Shown piece by piece: positions 1 to 12,314 of a stretch of 64,000 nucleotides of DNA; position 1 is the first letter of the stretch, and every line of letters begins with the position of its first letter. The notes under the pieces are model-generated. The model saw only the letters and a list, made by a program, of their open reading frames with translations, ran no database searches and was not told the origin of the DNA. The DNA comes from Octopus vulgaris (taxonomy: Eukaryota). The DNA lies in contig OX597815.1 of NCBI GenBank assembly GCA_951406725.2, forward strand, positions 176,700,001-176,764,000. Direction: 5' to 3'. The translations under genes and the position numbers were made by a program.

Positions 1-60
1 GTGAAAATAACATCCATCCATGAATTTATTTATTTATTAATTTTTAAATACATATTTTAT

Positions 61-173
61 CTGTGAATTTGCATGTGTAATCTGGGAATGCATAGAATGC
101 CCTTCTCTGCCCTAGGTGTATGGAAAACACTCGGCGAGAAACGGAGGAAAATTTGAAGAAAGAAGGAAAAAAC

Positions 174-175
<2 letters not shown>
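61..175 (+). mobile_element. 3' UTR remnant of R4/Dong family B
   Basis: Similar to 381-492 (tgccctagg...acactcggc(g/a)agaaa..gg...aaaatttgaa); ends in (TAA)n at 176. Confidence 0.7.
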
Positions 176-231
<56 letters not shown>

Positions 232-232
<1 letters not shown>

Positions 233-492
233 CCTGGCTTACCATCCCTGCAAGAAGTGCAAAAGATTGTCTTAACTGGTACATCACACGTATTGAGAAG
301 AGCATTGTCGATGTGAGAACTGTTGCTGCTCATGTATTTTAATTTTAATTTAAAAAAAAAAAAAAAAAAATTAACGAACTACTGAGTTTGGTATAATGGC
401 CTACCAATATACACTATGAGTTTCTTTGCCCTAGGAGTCGGGAAGACACTCGGCAAGAAATGGAAGAAAATTTGAAAGAAGAAAAAAAAAAG
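232..492 (+). mobile_element. 5'-truncated R4/Dong family B 3' end
   Basis: Encodes PGLPSLQEVQKIVLTGTSHVLRRALSM* (RLE C-terminus, similar to 8230-8310), then 3' UTR and (TAA)n. Confidence 0.85.
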
Positions 493-521
493 TAATAATA
501 ATAATAATAATAATAATAATG

Positions 522-572
<51 letters not shown>

Positions 573-576
573 TTAA

Positions 577-607
<31 letters not shown>

Positions 608-615
608 AAGAAGAA

Positions 616-3600
616 GAACACCGGGGACGTTTAAGAAAGAACACCGGGGACGTTTAAGAGAAGAACACCGGGGACGTTTAAGATGTGAGAACGATAAAAC
701 AGCGCTCCGAAATCTACCCACAAACATTGAAGACAAAGACATCGTATGGAGGCAAAAATTAACTGACAAAGGATTGGACTATATCCGATGAAATAATACT
801 CATTGCAATTTATTACTATTTTCGAAACGAAATGATGTATTTTAACTCGATATCATCTCCACCTCAAACACAACACATGTAAACATGCGTGGATATTACG
901 ATCCATCAACACCAGATCATCTCCGACCCCCAAACACCATGTACACAAAAACTACAAAGAAATTAAATAACACCGATATTATTCAACCCAAGAATAACAA
1001 TCGGGAAGTACGTACTTTAAACTTACAACTTAAAATGTACGAAAAACTACACATGCAAAACAATGTGACAACAGAAATGAACGGACCGGTACCCTACGAA
1101 AATGACGAGCATCAAAATAAAGGGCCGGACGTTGTTCCTCATGTTCCGCAAATAAAACCCAAAAGACATAAATGGACACGTGAGGAATACATTTCTATCC
1201 TACACGCTTACTACACAGCAGTGCTCTACCCAAAGAATGAAAACACAACAACACAAACATATAAAATATGGAAGGAAAATAACATAAATATAGACTTGGA
1301 TACAGCAATGAACACTAATAAACTAGCTAACGTACGAAGATACGTTCTCAACGCAAAAAAAAAAATATCAGAAATAGAAATAGAACATTTAAAAGAAAAA
1401 ATACATCAGGAAAACGTAGATAGAAGCCACACAACAATGCCCAATAATATAAACACTGAAACAGCAAAACACGAAGACAAACGTAACATTTCCAACAAAA
1501 ACGATGTAAACAAAAAACAACAAACCCAGACCGTAAGGATGCATAATAATACACGACAAACAGCAAGCCAAAACACGACAAACAAACATACAAATGAGAA
1601 AGAAAGCGACACAAATCTAAAACCTGGAAACAACGAAGAGGAGCCTAATGATTATGATACTATAAAAAGTAGAATAATCAAAGAACTGAAAACCACAGAG
1701 CTCAATATGGACCACCGAGCATACCTCCCAAAAATCAAAATAGACAAAACAACAACACCAATTATAAACAGCATAAACCTAGCCGTCACGGAACTAATAG
1801 CCACTGAAAGAAAAAGTGATATCACTAAGCTAAATGATTTAGTATACGCAGCAGCCACTGCAGCCACAAAAGAAGCTGGATACTCACTCAAACCCATCCA
1901 AACAGGAGTACCACCACCCGAACAAACCCTGTGGATAAATAACATCCAAAACAAAATACAAAAAATGAGAAAAGATCTGTCGATTCTTAATGAAATCAGT
2001 AGACAATCAACGCTACTGAGCAACAAAACGAAAACAAAAATACTCCGCAAATACAACATCACAGAAAAAGATTTACCTGAGATAAAAGAAAAGCTAAAGC
2101 AAGATATCCTTGCCAAAGCACAAAGGATCCGTCGGTAAGAGAAACGCCAACGTTTCTTTGAACAAAACAAAAAGTTCAACTCCAACCCCAAAAAGTTCTA
2201 CCAACAACTTGGCAAAAATAAAATAGAAATTACTGCAGCACCAACGGCAGAAGAAGTGGAAGAATTCTGGAGAGAAATATGGTCGGCGAACGAACAACCA
2301 AAAAAAAGGATTATTAAAACAACAAACTCAGCATCTGAGCAACTTTGGACACCCATAACAACTGAAGAGATCACCCAGGCACTGCAAAGAAGGCATCTGG
2401 GCATGACAACATCCCCAACTTCTGGTTGAAATATCTAATGCACAAAAAGCTGGATGAAAATTTTAACAACATACTGGCAGAGCCAGAGCAAATGCCTGAA
2501 TGGCTCACGAAGGGGAAAACTATCTTAATTCCCAAATCAAATGAGACAGCAAAACCAGAAAACTACAGACCAATAACCTGTCTCCCTACAATGTACAAGG
2601 CATTTACTGCAGTAATATCGCAAAGGTTGAACAAGCACCTGGACGAAAACAACCTGTTTCCAGAAGAGCAGAAAGGATGCCGCAAAGGCTCATATGGCTG
2701 TAAAGATCAACTAATGATCAATAAAGCCATAACTGAAGACATCCACAGAAAGAAGAAAGGCCTCAGTATGGCCAGGATAGACTACAAAAAGGCGTTTGAT
2801 AGCATCCCCCACACATGGATCCTCGAAACACTGGCCATTAACAAAGTAGCACCAATATTTATAAAATACATAGGACACTCTATGAATAAATGGCAAACAG
2901 TGCTACAGCTCCAAACAAAAGAGGGACTCATGAAAACCAAAGACATCCCCATTAGAAGAGGAATATTCCAGGGAGACACGCTCTCTCCACTCCTTTTCTG
3001 CTTGGCACTGTCACCTCTATATGCTAAATAGAACTGGATGCTGATATAAATGTTACGGCAAAACGATCGGCCACCTTTTATATATGGATGACCTAAAACT
3101 ATACACTGCAAATGACAAACAGCTGGAAACACTATTAAAGACAGTTCATGGATTTACCAAAGAAATAGATATGAAATTTGCATTAGAAAAATGCGCCAAA
3201 GTAACCATGAAAAGAGGAAAACTAGTTAAGAGTAGCAACATCACACTAGATAAAACCAATGAAATAAAAGAATTAGACCAAAGCCAAACTTACAAATACT
3301 TAGGAATCCATGAACTAGATAAGACACAACACACACAAATGAAAGAGAAAATAAAAAAGAATATTATAGACGAGTTAGATCAATACTAAAATCAGAGCTC
3401 AAAGCTAAAAACAAGATAATAGGTATTAACACTTTAGCTGTCCCAGTTATAAGTTACAGCTACAATATCCTTAACTGGACACTAAATGAACTGACCAAAA
3501 TAGATAGGGAAACAAGAAAAATAATGACAGGATCTGGGATGCATCACCCAAAATCTGACATAGAAAGACTATATATACAACGTATAGAAGGTGGTAGAGG

Positions 3601-4728
3601 ACTTATACAGCTGGAAAACTACTATAAAATAACCACCATAGGACTGCAAAAATATCTACTTCAGAAGGAAGGAAAACTGATACAAAAAGCGGCAAAACAC
3701 GAGCAAAACAAAAAAAAGTTCTCAGTATTTAAGGAAGCTGACAAATACAAACAATAAATCATACCACCTAACAAATATGAAGAAGAAGAAGATGAAGAAA
3801 CAACAAAAGCTATAAAACAAATGAAATCTAACCTAAAACTAGAACAGCAAAGAACCATGATAAAACGATGGCAAGAAAAGCCCCTTCATGGTAAATACTG
3901 GACTAAACTAAATGCAAAAGAAATAGACAAAGAAAAATCCCAGCAATGGTTGAGAAGCTCAGGACTCAAAGCAGAGGCAGAGGGATTTTTAATTGCAGCA
4001 CAAGACCAAAGCCTCCCCGCTAGAAATTACCAAAAACATGTAATGAAAAGAAATATTACAAGTAACTGCAGAATATGTGGGGATGGACAAGAAACAATAA
4101 ATCATATTATCTCTGGCTGCCCAGTCCTGGCTAAGAAGGAATATATTCACAGACATGACAGAGTTGGGACCTACATACACTGGAAACTATGCCAACTTTA
4201 TGGAATAACAACAGAAAAAAGATGGTATAGGCACACACCAGAAAAGGTCACAGAAAACGAGAAAGCAACCATACTCTGGGATATGCCGATACACACAGAT
4301 AGAGAAATTAAGGCCAACAGACCAGATATAGTTGTCAGAGATCATGAAGAAAAAATGCTTTCTAATTGATGTATCAATACCGGCAGATGACAACGTGTCT
4401 CTAAAAGAAATGGAGAAACTTTCAAAATACAAAGACCTGGAAATAGAGGTAACTCGAATGTGGAATCTAAAGACAGAAACAATTCCTATCATAGTAGGTG
4501 CATTAGGCATGATAAAAAAATATTCAGACAAATACATAACAAAAACACCAAGAGTTACAAACACATATAACATACAGAAAATTGCACTACTAGGCACTGC
4601 ACACATCTTACGCAGAACACTTTCCATACAATAACCACCAGAGCATCACAACAAATCCCAGCACATACCCAAGGCACACAGAGATGCGCTCGGTAGTGAA
4701 GTGAATGCATGCTATAAAAATAAAACTA

Positions 4729-4732
<4 letters not shown>
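616..4732 (+). mobile_element. R4/Dong-clade non-LTR retrotransposon (RT + CCHC + restriction-like endonuclease), near full length, inactivated by stops and frameshifts
   Basis: ORF pieces 885-2138, 2426-3031, 3084-3389, 3524-3757, 3821-4369 and 4332-4634 are collinear. Motifs: Myb-like KRHKWTREE, NYRPITCLPTMYK, DYKKAFDSIPH, GIFQGDTLSPLLF, YMDD (3081-3092), CRICGDGQETINHIISGC, RPDIVV..IDVSIP..KLSKYKDL, LLGTAHILRRTL. A ~100 nt 3' UTR runs straight into (TAA)n, the known Dong target. Confidence 0.95.
885..4634 (+). pseudogene. Disrupted single ORF of the R4/Dong element (reverse transcriptase-RLE protein)
   Basis: In-frame stops at 2136-2138 and 3755-3757; frame changes near 3030-3080, ~3360 and ~4350; apparent deletion around 2300-2400. 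Confidence 0.9.
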
Positions 4733-4802
<70 letters not shown>

Positions 4803-4814
4803 TAATAATAATTG

Positions 4815-5617
4815 AGTAAACTCCAGAACGTTCCACCAAAAATGAGAACTGAAAAATCCTGTGGAATGCAATGATCCAATGCGATCATCCAACCTGACAT
4901 CGGAAACCGAACATTGTTCTGCTGAATAAAAAAAGAAAGGATATCTCTATATATAAACGGCAAAATGTTTGTCTGTGTGTGTGTCCTTTATACAAATCGA
5001 CAATTTTTCAGTTAGAGGACTCGCACTTTCTATGGTCATTGAAAACCGTCCAAGGGTGGCTGTGCACACCTTTACAATTCCCCAGTCACCCCGCAAAGCC
5101 ATTAAAAATCAATAGAAGTGACATTTTTCGTGAATTGTCTCTCCAAAACCCAATCAAAATGCCCGAAACTTGATACGCCAATTGAATGCCAGCTAGCTGT
5201 ATGTGATTGGTCGGAGATTTGGACAGTACTCGCGTGTATGTGCGCACGCACGCAGCTGTATATGATAATCGACATAGCATGCCCCGGTTACAACAGAGAA
5301 AGAAGAAAAAATAAACAGCTATGGCAATTTGAAGTGGGAAATACGAATGTTGTGGTCAATGAAGAGAGCAGACTTGATACGAATAGTAATTGGTGCCTTG
5401 GAATTATCAGCACTCAACTACCGACTTGGCTGAAAAAGACTGGTGCACATGTGATGGTAAAACACCTAGAAAAATCAATATTGCTTGGAACTGCAAGAAC
5501 TCTTCGCAGAGGTCTTGAAGCATGACCATTAAAAGAAGGGTCACCTTCGTCTGCCGGCTCTGGGTGGCTGACACTTTCCGTCATACCCAGCAAAATTAAG
5601 CTGTTAGTTTTCATATA
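4815..5617 (+). mobile_element. 5'-truncated R4/Dong family C fragment interrupted by a Helitron-like insert
   Basis: 4815-4940 encodes KILWNAMIQCDH..RKPNIVLLNKK (RLE); 5300-5525 encodes KQLWQ...KSILLGTARTLRRGLEA*; distinct 3' UTR followed by (CAA)n/(TAA)n. Confidence 0.8.
4943..5298 (+). mobile_element. Probable non-autonomous Helitron
   Basis: Begins a|TCTCTATATATAAAcggc..tgtctgtgtgtgtg (Helitron-like 5' TC end) and ends near a GC-rich gcatgccccggttac segment; it splits a collinear R4 fragment. The CTAG terminus is not intact. Confidence 0.5.
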
Positions 5618-5661
5618 ACAACAACAACAACAACAGTAGCAGCAGCAACAACAACAACAAC

Positions 5662-5700
<39 letters not shown>

Positions 5701-5704
<4 letters not shown>

Positions 5705-5850
5705 TACACTACTAGGCACTGCACACATCCTACGCAGAACACTTTCCATACAATAACCATCAGAACATCACAACACATCACAACACATACCCAAGGCACA
5801 CAGAGCTGCGCTCGGTAGTGAAGTGAAAGCACGCTATAAAAATAAAACTA

Positions 5851-5853
<3 letters not shown>
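5701..5853 (+). mobile_element. 5'-truncated copy of the family A element (same family as 616-4732)
   Basis: Nearly identical to 4579-4732 (LLGTAHILRRTLSIQ* + 3' UTR ending aaaactactga), with (TAA)n on both sides. Confidence 0.95.
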
Positions 5854-5938
<85 letters not shown>

Positions 5939-6163
5939 TATTTCTTTACTGCCCACAAGGGGCTAAACATAGAAGGGACAAACAAGGACAGACAAAGGGA
6001 TTAAGTCGATTACCTCGATTCCAGTGCGTAACTTGTACTTAATTTATCGACCCCGAAAGGATGAAAGGCAAAGTCGACCTCGGAGGAATTTGAAGTCAGA
6101 ACGTAACGACAGACGAAATACGGCTACGCATTTCGCCCGGCGTGCTAACGTTTCTGCCAGCTC
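5939..6163 (-). mobile_element. tRNA-derived SINE with Meta-like central domain, tail type A
   Basis: Head gagctggcagaaacgttagc (A box), B-box-like segment, gtcgactttgcctttcatcctttcggggtcgataaattaagtac core; many copies in this window. Confidence 0.85.
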
Positions 6164-6164
6164 A

Positions 6165-6303
6165 ATGACAATTCCACTGCTTGGAACCGCTCGAATTCTT
6201 CGGATGGTACTCGAAAAATAAGGGGTGTTACCTTAGTTCACTAAGTTCAGTGAACAGCTGACACCGTTCTACATCTCCAGCGTTAGAAGCTGTGCAAAGA
6301 CAA
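6165..6303 (+). mobile_element. 5'-truncated R4/Dong family D 3' end
   Basis: LLGTARILRMVLEK* then aggggtgttac..ttagtt..gtgaacagctgacaccgt (shared with 11570-11752), then (TAA)n. Confidence 0.8.
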
Positions 6304-6305
6304 TA

Positions 6306-6395
<90 letters not shown>

Positions 6396-6622
6396 AGTGT
6401 GAGGCCTTTTTGATCTCCTTATCGCACAGGAATATCCACTGCTGATCTCTTTACAATCTGTCAAATGTACTTTTCAGACCTGTAGAATTTGGTCTATTCA
6501 CCAAGCTGCTTCTCTTTCTCCTACTCTCAAGACGGTTACAAAACCAGTGATTGTGGGAGCCCTTGAAATTATCAGTAAAGAACTAAAACTTAGTTGAGAA
6601 TGAACCCTGGATTACCATTCAT

Positions 6623-7035
6623 GCGGCGAGCTGGCAGAAATGTTTGCACGCCGGGCGAAATGTTTAGCGGTATTTTGTCTGCCGTTACGTTCTGAGTTCA
6701 AACTCCGCCGAGGTCGACTTTGCCTTTCATCCTTTCGACGTCGATAAATTAAGTACCAGTTACGCACTGGGGTCGATGTAATCGACTTAATCCGTTTGTC
6801 TTTCCTTGCTTGTCCCCTCTGTGTGTAGCCCCTTGTGGGCAGTAAAGAAATAGGTATTTCGTCTGCCGCCCTGTTCTGAGTTCAAACTCCGCCGAGGTCG
6901 ACATTGCCTTTCATCTTTTCGGAGTCGATTAAATAAGAACCGTTTATGCACTGCGGTCGATGTAATCGACTTAATCCCTTTGCCTGTCCTTGTTTATCCC
7001 CTCTATGTTTATCCCCTTGTGGGCAATAAAGAAAT
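6623..7035 (+). mobile_element. Tandem SINE pair: full copy 6623-6851 plus headless copy 6852-7035
   Basis: Two consecutive body+tail A units joined at aaagaaata|ggtatttcgtctg. Confidence 0.85.
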
Positions 7036-7139
7036 AATTATCTGATGGGCTAACATTTATGCGGTGAGTATCTTTGTTCTGGGAAGACTCTCGGGAAGCC
7101 ATTCGCCAAGAAATGGAACTAAATCGGAAGAAGAACTAA

Positions 7140-8527
7140 CAACAGGAATAAATTAAGGCTTTGACATTCCGCATGCAATCACGAAAGAGAAAATTAGGAA
7201 GGAATGTTACGGTAGGGTTCGAGCAGTCCTGAAATCTGAGCTAAATGCATATAACAAGGTGTTAGCCATAAATTCCTTAGCAGTCGCAGTTGTTATTTAT
7301 AGCCTCCGTGTGTTGAACCGGAATATCAATGAAATAAAGAACATTGACAGGAACATACCTAAGCTGCTAACTTGCAATAGGATGCATCACCTAAAGGCAG
7401 ACGCGGATCGTCTTTACCTTCACAGAGCTTAATGAAGTCGAGGCCTCCTCTAATTTGAAAGCTCTTATAAAACCATCACAATTGGACTTGCCAAATATCT
7501 TGAAACATATAAAGAATGGATGTTCAAATTCATTGAAATACACGACAGGCGTAAGAAGCCTCATTCTGTCATGACGAAAAGAAGAAAAATTTGTTACTGT
7601 GTTCATACATACAAACCCAGTCTGAACGGTATGACGGAAGTGCAGCAAATGTTGCAAAGAAGGAGAAATCAATGACAAGGAGTAAAGCGTATGAACACTT
7701 GGGTGATAGGCGGGAACAAAATCTTCCGCATGGAAGAAGCCGATGTTGACCAGAAGCACACCCATCAGAGGCTATGGAGCTCAGAGCTAAAAGTAGAGAG
7801 CGAAGGCTTCATCTTAGCTGCTCAAGATAAAAATACTATTGACACGAAACTACTAAAACAATATGAGGGAAAAAGGAGTACTCAGTATAAATCAAAATTT
7901 GAGTTGGCCAATATCTACACTGGTTAACATGTCGCTATTATAAAAACAGAACTGGTCACAAACGGTATGTACCCCACCCTGAGTAAGAGAATTTAACGAT
8001 TCTTTGGCAATAAACTGGATATTGTTGTGAAAGACCAAAACAATAAAGTGTGTTAATTGCTGAGCATTTCTTGTAATCATAATATCTCGGCAAAAGAATT
8101 TGACAAGCTTAGGACAGTTGACAAGTCACTGTAATCGAAAGGATGTGGCATCTCAAGCCGGTTACAATACCAGTGATTAGAGGAACATTTAGAATGATCA
8201 AAGAAGGAAGTGAAAATCATTTGAGAATGAGCCCTGGCTTACCATCTATACAAGAAGTGCAAAAGTTTGTTTTAATTAATACGCCGCAGGTATTGAGAAA
8301 AGTATTGTCACTGCAAAATTTTTCTTCTCTATTTTCTTTTTTTTTCTTTTTTGTAGTCTCTTTTCTTTTTCTTTTTCTTTTTTTTTTCATTTTTCTTTGT
8401 CTTTGCTTTTCACTTTTTTTGCATTTTCTTTTGCCCTTTTTTTCTTTCACATGACTTTGTTAACCAATAATCTGGTGTGTTTATTTCAATGGTTGGCCAA
8501 TGTAGGCAATGCGTCTCTTTGCCCTAG
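7140..8527 (+). mobile_element. Degraded R4/Dong family B 3' half
   Basis: EKIRKECYGRVRAVLKSELNAYNKVLAINSLAV, RMHHLKADADRLYL, SELKVESEGFILAAQD, MWHLKPVTIPVI, PGLPSIQEVQK; 3' UTR remnant tgccctag at ~8520. Another short family B piece lies at ~6525-6620. Confidence 0.85.
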
Positions 8528-8539
8528 AAATGGACAGAG

Positions 8540-9235
8540 ATAGCTGTCCCTGTAGGGTCGGACGGAGGTGGCGAATGCATACATCGTTTCTGTCACCTAC
8601 TATTGCTCAAACGTCGTCCCTGGCCCCCCTTCGTGACTGAGCAACTTCAAGTGCTTTCCCACCGCTTTTTTGTGGAAGGGATGTGTTCATTTGCTTTCAA
8701 CAGCCGCTGAGTGCAGGACTGGGCATGCCGTGGCTAATCATGCGCAGACATGCGCTGAGGTTGCGCCATCTCCAAAGTCTTCTTAACGGTGAGCAAGTGT
8801 TGTCTCCGTTTGTCACGCAGGATTTTCCGCAAATCGTCCTATTGACGGAGCTACAGTCCTGGATCAAGCGGGAGCCAAGAAAGGGTGCAGGTAACGCGGT
8901 CGATGGAAGTCCCACTGTGGAGTTCTATAGGAAATTAGTAGTTGGGAAGTGCAACGACGTCCTTGGGGAAACACTGGGCGTCAGGAAAGGTCAGTTAACT
9001 GGTCTTTCCAGAGGACTTTCGGGTCGGGGCTTATGGATAACTTCCAGAAATCTCTAGCCTGGCAGTGCTAACGGGGTGGGTGGGTGATCTCAGTTGGTTC
9101 GAGACAAGCTTTACAAACGCAGAAGTGCTGTCACACGGACCTGTCTGAGATGTGCGCAGAGCAACAAAACCGTCCCGTATGCATTCCTCCATTGTCCGTG
9201 GTTTAATGACTTATGGAGCTCAATTAAGACTATGT
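8540..9235 (+). mobile_element. L1/Tx1-clade LINE ORF2 C-terminal relic
   Basis: LSL*GRTEVANAYIVS, FLWKG, QPLSAGLGMPWL, CLRCAQSNKTVPYAFLHC (zf-RVT-like); GC-richer than the flanks. Confidence 0.7.
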
Positions 9236-9316
9236 CCGGCTTCCTATTCTCTATGTATACACACACACACACACACATACAAACGCACACACACACACAC
9301 ATACGCACACACATAC

Positions 9317-9457
<141 letters not shown>

Positions 9458-9588
9458 TTTCATTATTATTCTTTCGGGATCGATAAATTAAGTACCTGTT
9501 GTGTACTGGCGTCGATGGAATCAACTCGTCCCCTCCCACCAAATTTGAGGCCTTGTGCATCCAGTAGAAAGGATTATAATTATTATAA

Positions 9589-9642
<54 letters not shown>

Positions 9643-9645
9643 GAA

Positions 9646-10079
9646 CGGCGAGCTGGCAGTATCGTTGGCATGCCGAGCAAAATACTCAGCGGCATTTCAT
9701 CTGCCGCTACGTTCTGAGTTCAAATTCCGCCGAGGTCGACGTTGCCTTTCATCCTTTCGGGGTCGATTAAATAAGTACCAGTTACGCACTGGAGTCGATG
9801 TAATTGACTAACACTCTTCCCCAAAACATTTCGAAGGTCTGGTGCCTAGAGTGGAAATAATCCTTTCTACTATAGGCACAAGGCCTAAAATTCGGTGGAG
9901 GAGGGGACCAGTCGATTACATCGACCCCAGTACTCGATTGGTACTTAATTTATCAACCCCGAAAGGATCAAAAAAGCAAAGTTGACCTCGGCAGAATTTT
10001 ATACTCAGAACGTAGGGACGGATGAAATGCTTATCAGCATTTCGTCCGGCGTGCTAACGATTCTGCCAGCCCGTCGCCT
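9646..10079. mobile_element. Two tail-type-B SINEs in tail-to-tail orientation (+ 9646-9860, - 9861-10079); partial copy at 9474-9573
   Basis: Same head and core as the other SINEs, but with tail cccc..aaattt..ggccttgtgcct(a/g)..gtagaaaggatta. Confidence 0.8.
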
Positions 10080-10167
10080 CAGGCTAGGGTAAAAATAATA
10101 ATAATTATCATCATTATTATTATTAGTAGTAGTAGTAGTAATGTTACTCCTGCTGCTGCTGCTGCTG

Positions 10168-10225
<58 letters not shown>

Positions 10226-10347
10226 CACTACTACATCTAGTAGTAGTAATAATAATAATAATAATGATAATAATAATAATAATGACGATGATGGTGATAA
10301 CGATGATGATGATGATGATGATGATGTTGATGATGATGATGATGATG

Positions 10348-10915
10348 ATTTCTTTTATTTGCCTTCAAGGCAAAGGATGAGGGGGCCAAAAGAAAGACAG
10401 ACATCAAGTGTTGGGGTTTACATATAATGGAATGATGGGACTAAAGTATATGGAAATATATTGAAAGTATACACAATATGCAATAAGACAGAAAAAGGAA
10501 AATTACATAGTATAGAATAGGAAAAATAAGATAAAATAAGTAAAAAAATAAACATGAAAATAAAAGAATAAAGGGGCGATAATAATGGTGATGTGACCGT
10601 CCTGACATAGGAGACCTCTTGCGATATTCTTGCATCCCACCGTTTAAGATTATCCTGAACACCAAGGGCAGGTGTCCCCTTCAGTTCCTGTTATCCGATT
10701 CACAGGTCTATACTTAGAGCGGTACCATCCACTCTTGCCATCGTTGCAACTTTCACACTTGAAGGCAGCACCCCTCACACCCCGCAACTTCCCTCACCCT
10801 TCCAGTGAAACTTGGAAAAGTCGATGAGGGCTCAACCAAAGAGGAAAAGTCTGTCCTCATGCCTTTCAGCCTCGTCCTCCAGACAACCCCTTCTGCCAGC
10901 GCCAGGAGGCAAAGA
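10348..10915 (-). mobile_element. 3' end of a Tx1/L1-like LINE with (ATC)n tail
   Basis: Minus strand reads VVWRTRLKGMRTD..ALIDFSKFHWK (ORF2 end-like), then a pyrimidine-rich 3' UTR ending ggcaaataaaagaaatcatcatc. Confidence 0.55.
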
Positions 10916-10919
10916 AAAT

Positions 10920-10999
<80 letters not shown>

Positions 11000-11007
11000 T
11001 GATAATC

Positions 11008-11150
11008 CTGAAGAAAATGGTTACTCGATCTGAAGAAAATGGTTACTCGATCTGAAGAAAATTGGTTACTCGATCTGAAGAAAATGGTTACTCGATCTGA
11101 AGAAAATGGTTACTCGATCTGAAGAAAATGGTTACTCGATCTGAAGAAAA
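11008..11150 (+). repeat. Tandem 22-nt repeat CTGAAGAAAATGGTTACTCGAT, 6 full units plus a partial
   Basis: Units start at 11008, 11030, 11052 (one extra T), 11075, 11097, 11119; partial at 11141. Confidence 0.97.
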
Positions 11151-11338
11151 TTCTAACTGGGCTCCACCTGCAAGGTCATGTGCTGTTTATCTTGAAATGA
11201 GATCACCATGTCGCGCACATATGGTTGTGATGCATGTGCCTGGTGTACCCTTATCAGACGGGTAGTCATGATGGGTATACTGGGCTTCGTATATTTTACC
11301 CCAGTGTCACTTTGATGGCATGCTCTGCTCGCTCACTC
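11141..11338 (+). mobile_element. 3' UTR of another (TAA)n-tailed non-LTR element (family E)
   Basis: Unique ~200 nt segment ending ctcactcaa directly into (TAA)n, co-oriented with the R4 pieces; no coding remnant, so the clade is inferred. Confidence 0.5.
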
Positions 11339-11395
11339 AATAATAATAATAATAATAATAAAATTATAATAATAATGATAATAATAATAATAGTA

Positions 11396-11557
<162 letters not shown>

Positions 11558-11569
11558 ATTATTATTTAC

Positions 11570-11751
11570 TGTCGGAGACCTGGGAACTGTGAGTAAAAAT
11601 CTTGAGAAGTACCTGAAAGAAATAGAGGCAGCAATAACGGTTGGAGCACTTGCAGAAAACAGCACTGCTTGGAATCGCTCGAATACTCCGGAAGGCGCTG
11701 GAAAAGTGAGGGGTGTTACTTTAGTTAACCGGTAGTGAACAGCTGGCACCG

Positions 11752-11752
<1 letters not shown>
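11570..11752 (+). mobile_element. 5'-truncated R4/Dong family D 3' end
   Basis: VGDLGTVSKNLEKYLKEI..LQKTALLGIARILRKALEK*, with a UTR shared with 6220-6270, then (TAA)n. Confidence 0.8.
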
Positions 11753-11817
<65 letters not shown>

Positions 11818-12198
11818 TCCTAGTATAGGCACAAGGCTAAATTTTTGGGGGTGGAGATAAGTCAATTATCAGTGGGTAACTGGTAATAAATTCATCGATC
11901 CCGAAAGGACGAAAGGCAAAATCGACCACAGCGGAATCTGAACTCAGAACGTAGCAGCAGACAAAATACCTATTTCTTTACTACCCACAAGGGGCTAAAC
12001 ACAGAGAGGACAAACAAGGACAGACAAATGGATTAAGTCGATTATATCGACTCCAGTGCGTAACTGGTACTTATTTAATCGAGCCCGAAAGGATGAAAGA
12101 CAAAGTCGACCTCGGCGGAATTTGAACTCAGAACGCAGCGGCGGACGAAATACCACAAAGCATTTCGCCCGGCGTGCTAGCGATTCTGCCAGCTTGCC
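11818..12198 (-). mobile_element. Tandem SINE pair: full tail-A copy followed by headless tail-B copy
   Basis: Junction cagacaaaatacc|tatttcttta at ~11970. Confidence 0.85.
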
Positions 12199-12244
12199 AC
12201 TTTCGAATGAAAACAACAACAACCACAACAATAATAATAATGAT

Positions 12245-12314
<70 letters not shown>

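Noticed and set aside
616-760. HDV-like ribozyme at the R4 element 5' end
   Set aside because: No nested double pseudoknot could be assembled by eye, and the copy appears 5'-truncated.
885-4634. Active retrotransposon or programmed frameshifting
   Set aside because: Multiple stops, frameshifts and a deletion indicate decay, although some homopolymer indels could be sequencing errors.
11008-11150. CRISPR-like array
   Set aside because: The units are contiguous with no unique spacers, there are no cas genes, and the context is eukaryotic.
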